A stretch of 64,000 bases of DNA from Octopus vulgaris. Its lineage: Eukaryota. Positions within the stretch are counted from its first letter, which is position 1. Each line of letters begins with the position of its first letter. Of the stretch, positions 54,595 through 64,000 are shown in pieces. Made by a program: the position numbers and the translations under genes. A model generated the notes under the pieces. It saw only the letters and a program-made list of their open reading frames with translations, was not told the origin of the DNA and did not search any database. Location: the NCBI GenBank assembly GCA_951406725.2, contig OX597835.1, positions 45,012,001 to 45,076,000 of the forward strand, in the 5' to 3' direction.

Positions 54595-55105
54595 TTGTTA
54601 TTGTTGTTGTTGTTGTTGTTGCTGATTTTCTCTATAATTGCAGGTTTTTGCGTATTCGTTTATATATTTCTACAAATTCCTGGGAACGACTGATGTTTCT
54701 TGTTAATTTACGAGTGTGTCGTTTTTCCTTTTGATGTTCCTCCATTTGGCTTTCTTTTTGTTGTCGTTTTCTCCACATGTGGTTGCTGTTATTGTTGTTG
54801 TAACTGTCGTTGCTGCACTTGTTCTTTTTGTTATTGTTGTTGTTGTTGTTCTGCTTGTGATTACTGCTTTTATTGTGTCTTTTATTGTCCGCGTTCATTA
54901 TTGCTATTGTTTTTAATGTCAGCACTCTCATCGTTTCTATTGTTGTTGTCTTTCTCATTGCCTCAGTTGCTGTCATTCTCATTGCTTTCATTGTTGTTGT
55001 TGTCATTGCTTTCATTGTTGTTGTTGTTGTCATTACTTTAATTGTTGTTGTTGTTATTATTCCAGATGGCATTGTTGTGATGACTCTTGCAATTGTTGCT
55101 GCTGA
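54595..55105. repeat. Degenerate (TTG)n low-complexity tract
   Basis: Direct inspection. Confidence 0.8.
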
Positions 55106-55333
55106 ATATATATATATGTGTATTTGTGTGTCTATGTGTGTGTGTGTGTGTATATATATAGAGAGAGAGATAGATGGATGGATGGAAGGCTGGGTGGATG
55201 GATGGATAGATATATCATAAAATCAATGTGAATCTGTTTTATTAACAATATCACTTACAGTAAAGGATATATACATATATATACTTATATAAAACCAATC
55301 TGATATGCGTACAAACTTAAACACACATATATG

Positions 55334-55368
<35 letters not shown>

Positions 55369-55401
55369 TAATCGTGTTCGTTCTATAGTTGTTCTAAATT
55401 C

Positions 55402-55800
55402 TTTTCTCTTCTAGGCACAAGGCCTGAAATTCCCGGGGGCAGGGGGCCAGTCGATTAGATCGACCCCAGTACGCAACTCGTACTTAATTTATCGACCCTG
55501 AAAGGATGAATGAAAAAGTCGACCTCCGCAGGATTTGAACTCAGAACCTAAAAACAGACGAAATACCTATTTCTTTACTACCCACAAGGGGCTAAACACA
55601 GAGAGGACAAACAAAGACAGACAAACGGATTAAGTCGATTACATCGACCCTAGTGCGTAACTGGTGCTTAATTTATCGACTCCGAAAGGATGAAAGGCAA
55701 AGTCGACCTCGGCGGAATTTGATTTCAGAACCTAGCGGCAGACGAAATACCACTAAGCATTTCATCCGGCGTGCTAACGTTTCTGCCAGCTCGCCGCCTT
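55402..55800 (-). mobile_element. SINE family C heterodimer (head+body+tail1, then body+tail2)
   Basis: Junction AAAGAAATAGGTATTTCGTC as in the 36979-37397 dimer; second unit ends with the tail-2 sequence. Confidence 0.88.
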
Positions 55801-56018
55801 TGAAATGTTCTACATTCATGGACTTTGTGGTTATTGTTGTTGTCCTAATTCTTTTCATTGCTGTTACTGCTACTGGTACTCACAGTCCAAGTTTTTCAAT
55901 AATAATTTTTTTCAAGGGCGGTTCTAATCCAGTAAGTCTATAAACAAAAGACATTCCAACACAGACAAACAACTCTTTTTTTTGTTTACTGCTATTCTCT
56001 ATCTAACCTCAAATTAAT

Positions 56019-56209
56019 GTCGCCATGATAGATCGTTAGCCACTACACACATTTTTTTCTCTCCTTGTTTTTTTCTGCGCCCCTTTCTGTAGAAGAGGGT
56101 AGGCTCGAAACGTAACAGACTTTTTCTATTCCTGAGCGTTATACTAATACATCTATTTGTTTTGTACATCACCTGTCTTCGTCTTTTGTTTTTTCGTAAA
56201 CTCTCCCTA
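56019..56209 (+). mobile_element. P1-related pLTR-like repeat with hammerhead-like motif (56083-56118)
   Basis: CUGUAGA-AGAG..CUC-GAAA-CGUA; shares CCTGAGCGT..AATAC..TATTTGTT with P1; 10-bp TSD TCAAATTAAT (56009-56018 and 56210-56219). Confidence 0.65.
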
Positions 56210-56912
56210 TCAAATTAATTAGATTAGCATAATGATTTTTTAATGACAATTATGTGATTTGAGGGACATTCGGCTGCTGTTTCTAACAGGTTAAAAAACC
56301 AAGTGGGCGCCCTCTTTCACGCTACATTTTAACGTGTTTCTACTTATATGCGGTTATTAACCTTTTCTTACGCTATACCACTAATCTTATTCCCAGAAAT
56401 ATGTGTTTTGGCTGCAGGTTTTATATATTGTTTTTGTGTTGTGTTTTTTTAATGCTTGCAATTCAGTCGTGCATAATGTTATCATTATAAATACACCAAC
56501 CAGAGAATCGATCCCAAATAATGACAGCTTCTTGTAAACACCTCGTGATGGGCATTCGACTCATGACGTAATTAGTTTCGCTTCAGAAAATACAAATTAC
56601 ATGCAAAAACTCAAACCCAAACCAAACGCACACACACACACACACATAGGCACACACGCACACATACACACACACACACGCGCGCGAACACTCTCATAAT
56701 TACACGCGCGCTTTCACTTAGATGCAATTTTACTGACATATATATATATGCCTGTGTGTGTATGCATAAATATACATATATATATACTCTCTCTCTCTTT
56801 CTCTCTCTCTATCTATATATCTATATGTATATATATATATGTCTGTAGGTGTATGCATAAATATACATATATATATATACCTTCTCTTTCTCTCTCTCTA
56901 TCTACATATCTA

Positions 56913-56947
<35 letters not shown>

Positions 56948-57199
56948 GTGTGTGTGTGTGTGGCGTGCTTGCATATAAGTAGTAGAAAATGGGTGAGTAG
57001 AAGGAGGATGTGGAGGGAGAGTTAGGATCCATGTGGCGTAGATAAGAATGATTCCATTTCTTTGCTGACCCTTCATTCTAAAGTTCCCGTAACCTTTAAA
57101 TCATTCCGTTCCATCACTAATTAATGGAGGGAGGTTTCTATCACAATAGCTGTGTGTTCTTTAAAACATGACATGCGGCAGACATTCACAGAGACAACA

Positions 57200-58110
57200 G
57201 GAAGCTTCTCCTCTTCTCTCCCTTTCTATTTCGCTCTTTTTTTGCATGTTTTCGCTCGGTTCCTTCTCCTCTTCCTTTCATTGTTTACATCTTCCTTTCA
57301 TACTCTCCCGCCTTCTTATTTTTCTCCTTTCTCTTCTTTCTTTAATTCTTTGTTTTATTTTTGAATTTTTTTTCTGTCATTTTTGTTGTTGTTGTTGTTG
57401 TTGTTATTTCTTGTTGCGTGTTGTTCTTCTTTGGTCATTTATTTCCATCATCTATTTTACCTTTATTCTTCCTTAACGTCCATTTTCTTTTCTTCAGGTC
57501 ATCCTTCATCCGTATTCTGCTTTCTTTCAATCTTTCTTCTTCCTTTCTATTTTCTTCCTTTTCTCTCTTTTTAATTTTTGTCATTCACCTTCTTTTCAGT
57601 TGTTTTAATTTTCTCTTTCTGAACATCTCTCTTGCATTCCTTCTTTTCGTTTTCTTTCTTTCTTTTCTTTTTTCTTCCTCCCTTCCTTTTCTTCTTTGTT
57701 CCTTTCTTTCTTTCTTCTTTGTTTGTTTCTTTGTTTCTTTGAATCTTTCTTCCTTCCTTTCTTTTCTTCTTTCTTCCTTTCTTTCTTTTCTTCTTTCTTC
57801 CTTCTTAACTTCCTTTCTTCCTTTCCTTCTTTCTTTCTTTTCTTCCTCCCTCCCTCCCTTCCTTCCTTCATTTTATTTCTATCATTCTTTCTTGCTTCAT
57901 CACTTTTCTTCTTTGTTCCTTTCTTTCTTTTCTTCTTCCTTCCTTCCTTTCTTCTTTCTTCCTTCCTTCCTTTCTTTCATTCTTTGTTTGCTTACTTGTT
58001 AATTTCCTTCTTTCTTTTCTTCCTTCATTCCTTCATTTTCTTTCTTTCTTTCCTATCATTTCAAGTCTAAATTCACTTCCTTCTTACCTTACTTCTTTTA
58101 CACTTTTAGT
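57200..58110. repeat. Long polypyrimidine (CTT/CTTT/CCTT) tract
   Basis: About 900 bp dominated by C/T on the + strand. Confidence 0.9.
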
Positions 58111-58526
58111 CTAACTTCCCTACTTTCATCCTACATAATTTCTGTCTGTAATTTATATATTTCCCTATTTTCCTAGTATTCTTTTTTTTTTTCCTTCTTA
58201 TTTTGCGTTTTGGCCATTCTTTGTCCTTTAGCTTTAAAACCCATTTTTTAAGGATTTAATTCAAATTTTCAAAATTAAATGAGAAATTTCAACTACGGAT
58301 CAACTAAGGGTTTTTTGTTCCTGGAATTAGTCGTTGCTAGCCAAGCTTAGCTCTAATCTCTCTGAGAAAAGAATAGCGTGGCTCACTATTGTTTGTACAA
58401 GTTCAGTCAGGTCTGTATGGGCGGAGCGGTCGCCACAAAGACCAAAGCGAAATATCAAACGCTATCCTCACAGGCGCCTTGTTAGCAACGCAGCGTTATG
58501 AGCCTTACTAACTTACTAACAAACTT

Positions 58527-58560
<34 letters not shown>

Positions 58561-58949
58561 TACTACTTCTACTACTACTGCTACTACTACTGCTACTGCG
58601 GCGTCGACATCGATGACCCATTTCTTCGTCTCCGATTTATTCTTAAGAATTTATGGTCGATATTTTAAGCCAGCATCGTAATTAATTAATTAATTTAAAA
58701 AAGGGCTGGATTTTTAAGGAAAGCGTGGATAGACGAATGGATTGTAAAGATGTGGTATAGAGAATGATATGAATGAGACATTTGGTATTGATGGGTGAAT
58801 AATGGAAAAGACGGATGAATGAGATGGGTGGATGATGCTTGGGTTTGTGTGAATTGTAACAGGGGAAATGAAAATCTAGGAATTATTTTATAAGGCATAT
58901 TAAATACTTATTGCAGATAAAACCCTATCAAATTCGGAATAGTTTTGTT

Positions 58950-59260
58950 AACATGGTGAAACACCGCATTTCAGTTAGGTTAGAGTCCTTGACTCATCAC
59001 AGAAACGTTTCTTCGTTGAGGATTTTCTATTTGAGCTTCCATGGTCGTAGCTCTGATCAACTTTCTAGTTTGTACCCTCATCTTTAAAAATGTCTCCCGC
59101 TTTTCTTCTCAGGCGCATCTTTACTCTATTGTACTTTCTGTTACTTGTAAGTTATTTTATACTAATAGATTCTTTCCTCGAACTGCTCGTCTCTGGAACT
59201 CATTGACATCGAATTGTTTTCAAGAACACTATGATATTCAGTGCGTTACGTTACAGAGCC
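58950..59260 (+). mobile_element. Decayed LINE ORF2 C-terminal fragment (CR1/L2/Jockey group)
   Basis: LESLTHHRNVSSLRIFY ... FFPRTARLWNSL motifs. Confidence 0.65.
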
Positions 59261-59287
59261 CTCCATTTTGTTTGAATCTATATATAG

Positions 59288-59825
59288 TCACCCCAGAGGG
59301 CACTCACTAAACGGATTGAAGGCATGGCTGCTCTCGATTATTGGGATGGCCTTAAAGCCTTGAAACTTTACTCCCTCCAGCGTCGCCGTGAGCGGTACAT
59401 CATTTGTACGATGTGGAGAATATACCGCCAACTTTGCCCAAACGACCTTAACATTAGCTTCAAGGTCCATCCAAGACTGGGACCACGGACAATACGTCCC
59501 CTGCCCAATTCAAGATCACAACATACATGTACACTGCAACATAATTTCTTTTCCTCAACAGACCCTGCCCTATTTAACATTGTCCCGAGGGAGATCAAAG
59601 AGGAAAAGGATCCCATCAACTTTAAACGGAGTCTGGATAGATTCCTTCAAAGAATACCAGATAAGCCACCCATAATTGGATACAACTCACCCAACAAGAA
59701 CTCACTACTTGAACAAAACTTGACTGAAGCAAAACCTGACTTAAACAGGATTCGAATAATCCTATCAGGTGGTGCTATTAAGTTAGACATGGCCTGGACC
59801 AATCTTTGGTCGAAACATATCTAAG

Positions 59826-59826
<1 letters not shown>
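59288..59826 (+). mobile_element. 5'-truncated CR1-group LINE, ORF2 C-terminus and 3' UTR
   Basis: QRALTKRIEGMAALDYWDGLKALKLYSLQRRRERY...LFNIVPREI...FKRSLDRFLQRIPD.P...NSLLE (ORF 59324-59824), a typical post-RT region. Confidence 0.88.
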
Positions 59827-59861
<35 letters not shown>

Positions 59862-61250
59862 GTGTGTATGCATGTATGTATGTATATATGTATGTATGTA
59901 TGTATGTGAATGGACGAACAGAATATCTGTCATAAAAGTAAAATTATGTGAGCTTTCATTGCTTTACAGTCTACGTTACACGGAGTATACCATGGAGAGA
60001 TTTTTTGGATCACCATTTATGAATGTAATCGACGATTTTTCATTCCTCTGGAAATCCAAACGAAAAAAAAGTGTACGATCATCTGTTGTAGAAATTAATT
60101 TTCTGGAAATACAGAATGAATTGGAAAATATCGTGCTGAAGACTGTAATGGTTCTACCAAACCTCCGCTCTGAACTGGTTATTTTATTCTGTAGCGTTCG
60201 GAATCATTAAAGTCGATCTTGGCAAGATTTCAACGAAGTAGGTAGAGCGCCGGAACAAATACTGCAATGTGGTTTATCTTTCACTCAATCTATGACGTTT
60301 AGCCTCCTTTCAAATATTGCCCCAGTATTGAATATCTGACGGGTTTAGATTTACTTAAACCTTGTCAATGACTTGTAACTCATCGTTACATGATTAAATG
60401 AAATTCCTGACATTTTGATGCCCTTTTGGAATGAATGATATTTTTACATTCTTAACAGAATATTTTTCTGCTATCCTTGAGACAATTATCAGTGAATTTG
60501 TTGTCCGTTCCTACATGCAAAACTAAATTATCCAAAGCCGGTATCGAGGGATCTTTGACGAAAATATTGTTAGATTCTGTAGAAAGCGAGATCTTCCAAC
60601 ACATAAAAAAGAAGAAACAAACTTAATCTTCCCGATAGAAATTCTGTCCACTTTGGATGCATGGTTAGTCGCAGGGTGATTATTTCATTTTGCCAGAAGA
60701 AATATATTATTTGTTTCTCACAGAACGTGCGACAAGTCGTATATCTTTGTAGAATTACGCAACAGAACATGAGTAAGGAGATAAGGATAGTTCCATTGGT
60801 CAAACAATATTAGGAACAAATAAGGAAATTTGGTTATGACACCTGAGTTCATATATGATCAATTTTGTTAGCGCAGATACTTTGCTACATTTTTAGAAGT
60901 TAGTTGAAAATTGTTTGCGAGTGTAATTTGAAGACATGATTCCATAAGCAAGTTGCATATCTTCTAAACGGCAAGAAAGATTTACGATAGATTCTCGAAG
61001 AATCATTGTCTTCAGAGAGAAACAATGGACTACAAAGGTAATATTGTTCGTTCAATCCTAAACCATGAATAACTACTCACTTTGGTTTAGATTCCATTAC
61101 CTATTTTTCTTAAAACTGCTCGAAATTCAGATTAGGATTTAGATATTCACCAAGATATTTGTGGAGTTGCGCTGAAACGCATTAACGCACAATGTATTTC
61201 TGTGGGTATAAACACACACATATATACATACATATATATATATATATATG

Positions 61251-61336
<86 letters not shown>

Positions 61337-61888
61337 AGTGTGTGTGTGTGTGAGTGTGTTTAAATTATCAAATATTTAAATAAAAGAGATAGAAGCGTTC
61401 GGAGACTACATTCGGTTCGATAGCTCATCGGATTGTACGTTATGCAACATTACGAATGTCCTGCAACTGTGTTTTATCGTCAGGTCCAGGCACGATTCAC
61501 CGTAGAAAATAATCCAACGCAAATTAGATTACAAAAGCTTGGAAAACAGAACAAATAAAACAAAACAAACGGGAGGAGGTATTGGAATCGGTAAAGAACC
61601 AGATTCGATTATCGCATTATAATAGCTGTCATCTTAGCGGTATTTTCTGTCTAATCGCGATGTCGAATGAACCGCATATGGCGATTTCATTAAAAAATCT
61701 ATTGTTTAATTATCGAATCATTTCTGTTCTCTGTACACAGAGTTACTGTTAAAGACTAACAAGTTGCATTTTACTACGATTCCTCGGCCAATCCTTTAAC
61801 ATTTTATTAATATACACACATACACACAGGGACACATGTCTGTATATGTATGCATGTATATCTATATATATCATATATGTATATATCT

Positions 61889-62264
61889 ATGGTAAGTAGC
61901 TTGCTTACGGACCACTTGGTTCCGAGTTCGGTCCAACTGCCTGGCAACTTGGGCGTCTTCTACTATAGCCTTGGGCCCGACCAAAGCCTTGTGAGTGGAT
62001 TTGGTAGACGGAAAGCGAAAGAAGCCTATCGTATATAGGTATATATATATGTGTGTGTGTGTGCGTATATGTGTGTATATATTTGCGTGCCTGTGTTTGT
62101 CCCCCACCAACATCACTTGACAACCGATTCTGGTGTGTTTACGTCCCCGTAACCTAGCGGCTCGGCAAAAATACTGATAGAATAATCACTAGGCTTATAA
62201 AGAATAAGTCCCGGAGTCGATTTGCTCGACTAAAGGCAGTGCTCCAACACGGCCACAGTCAAAT
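61889..62264 (+). mobile_element. SINE family B, diverged
   Basis: Aligns to family B. Confidence 0.85.
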
Positions 62265-62371
62265 TATTGATTACTAGTTAATTAATGTTGTCCTTTGTTA
62301 TTATATATATATATATATATATATAATAACAAAGGATAAAATTAATTAACTAGTGATCAATATATATATAT

Positions 62372-62674
62372 GAGGCGCAATGGCCTAGTGGTTAGGGCAG
62401 CGAACTCGCGGTCGAAGGATCGCGGTTTCGATTCCCAGACCGGGCGTTGTGTGTGTTTATTGAGCGAAAACACCTTAAAGTTCCACGAGGCTCCGGCAGG
62501 GGATGGTGATCCCTGCTGTACTCTTTCACCACTCTTTCTCTCACTCTTTCTTCTGTTGGCCTGCTCGCTTAGCCAGCGGGGTGGCGTCATTCGAAGGCTA
62601 AAACAATGCGAACGCATTGTGACCATCGATGTGTAACAACATCTGATGGTCTGGTCGGTCACATGATCACGTGA
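62372..62674 (+). mobile_element. SINE family A, tail 2, full length
   Basis: A and B boxes plus tail ending GGTCACATGATCACGTGA; (TA)n on both sides. Confidence 0.92.
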
Positions 62675-63232
62675 TATATATATATATATATATATACGCA
62701 CACTCTCACATACAGGTATTTCTATATCAAGCTAAGCTTTTCAATATATTCTTGGAGTTTTTCTAACATGATCGTCTTTTCTCCTCATATTCTTCCTATA
62801 TTTCTTTCTCCCATCGACATTTTGCCTTTATTACTCTCTTTCTTTCTGCTACCTTCCTACACAGGTGTTTATTTCCGTTGCTTCACACTACGCAATAGCA
62901 ATTCGTGATGTATGGCTCTTTGCGTTCCTTCCGCTGTATATAAAATTAATATTTTTCTATATTCGTATCTATAATCTCCGCTTCTGTGCATCATATACTC
63001 GTAGCTGCATGAATAAACATTTTGTGTGCTTGTGTGCGCGATATAACTGTTTTGATATTTACCAATAAACTTTACATGCATAATGGCGATATATTTATTT
63101 TTTAGTACACGTTTGTAAACTAGTGTTCACACGCAAGCACATAATGCATATCGTATATCTAAAAAGTATATGTTATATATTTTTTAGTTATATTTCAAAT
63201 ATATATTTCGTGTTTGCAAGCACCTGTATATA

Positions 63233-63284
<52 letters not shown>

Positions 63285-63286
63285 TA

Positions 63287-63350
<64 letters not shown>

Positions 63351-63436
63351 AAGGGTGAAAAGGAACACACGAGTTGATATATATGAAAAAACAAGTCAAA
63401 ATAGAAAATGCTAAAATAATTTTATAAAGAACATAT

Positions 63437-63474
63437 CAGTACCGGTTTCGGTCATTTTGAGACCTTTTCAACTG
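63437..63474 (-). ncRNA. Minimal hammerhead-like motif with variant core (Penelope pLTR-like)
   Basis: CAG-UUGAAAA-GGUC(UCAAAAU)GACC-GAAA-CCGGUA-CUG; palindromic stem III ACCGGU; GUA triplet. Confidence 0.45.
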
Positions 63475-64000
63475 TAACGATTAAATAATTAAATTTAGAA
63501 AATATATATATATATATATATTTATGTATGCATGTATTTGTGTATGAATACATATCCCTGTGAGTGTGTGTGTGGGGGGTGGGTGAGCGTTTGAGGGTGC
63601 GTTGCGTAACCAGTAATCTATCGTACGTCATTTTATGGTATATTTTACGCAAACAACTGATTAAAAAAAATTTTTGCTAGTATTATTGTAATAATATTTT
63701 GCCATTTTTGCGTGACTAAACAAAAAATTAGGAAATGAAAAACGTCGGCCACTTATATCATCGTGACCCCCACATTTTTATAAATGTGTTTTCTTTAACA
63801 TTAAGTCAAAGAATGCCAAAGAATGCCAAAGAATTTGAAATGGGTGTAATATTCCGTGATTTTTCTATGCCTAATCAAATCAATGCGACACTTACAAAAC
63901 GTCCAAATATTGGAATATTGAAAATATGACTAAAACTCAGCGAAATGCGAAATACCATGCTTTCGGTACATACCTATATACACGCAAGTATACACAGACA

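Noticed and set aside
54632-55220. Hydrophobic V/I-rich and T/N-rich ORFs
   Set aside because: Translations of a degenerate (TTG)n repeat
57361-58070. 213-aa F/L/S-rich ORF resembling a membrane protein
   Set aside because: Product of the polypyrimidine tract
59324-59824. 166-aa ORF as a host gene
   Set aside because: It is the C-terminus of a 5'-truncated LINE ORF2
63590-63980. Possible DNA-transposon remnant (similar impressions at 17560-17720, 18300-18900 and 27410-27610)
   Set aside because: No convincing TIR pair, TSD or transposase motif identified by eye

Overview
This is AT-rich eukaryotic non-coding DNA, intronic or intergenic. The tRNA-derived SINE families and the extreme (TA)n/(CA)n/(TATC)n load suggest an octopus or other coleoid cephalopod genome (inference). 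I can support no intact host protein-coding gene; almost all ORFs in the track are translated microsatellites or SINEs. The window holds about 30 SINE copies from 5 families, several with swapped 3' tails or dimer structure. It also holds decayed or truncated LINEs (Tx1/L1-like, CR1-group, probable R4/Dong and RTE), an internally deleted mariner, a mariner MITE, two hAT MITEs and a non-autonomous Helitron. Several short Penelope pLTR/retrozyme-like repeats carry type I hammerhead ribozyme motifs. Four observations stand out: (1) a GC-rich ~290 bp element at 37.9-38.7 kb with a well-formed hammerhead, present as nested inverted copies; (2) several distinct hammerhead-bearing repeat families with variant catalytic cores; (3) a Tx1-like LINE that appears to target (TATC)n microsatellites; (4) modular SINE tail exchange.
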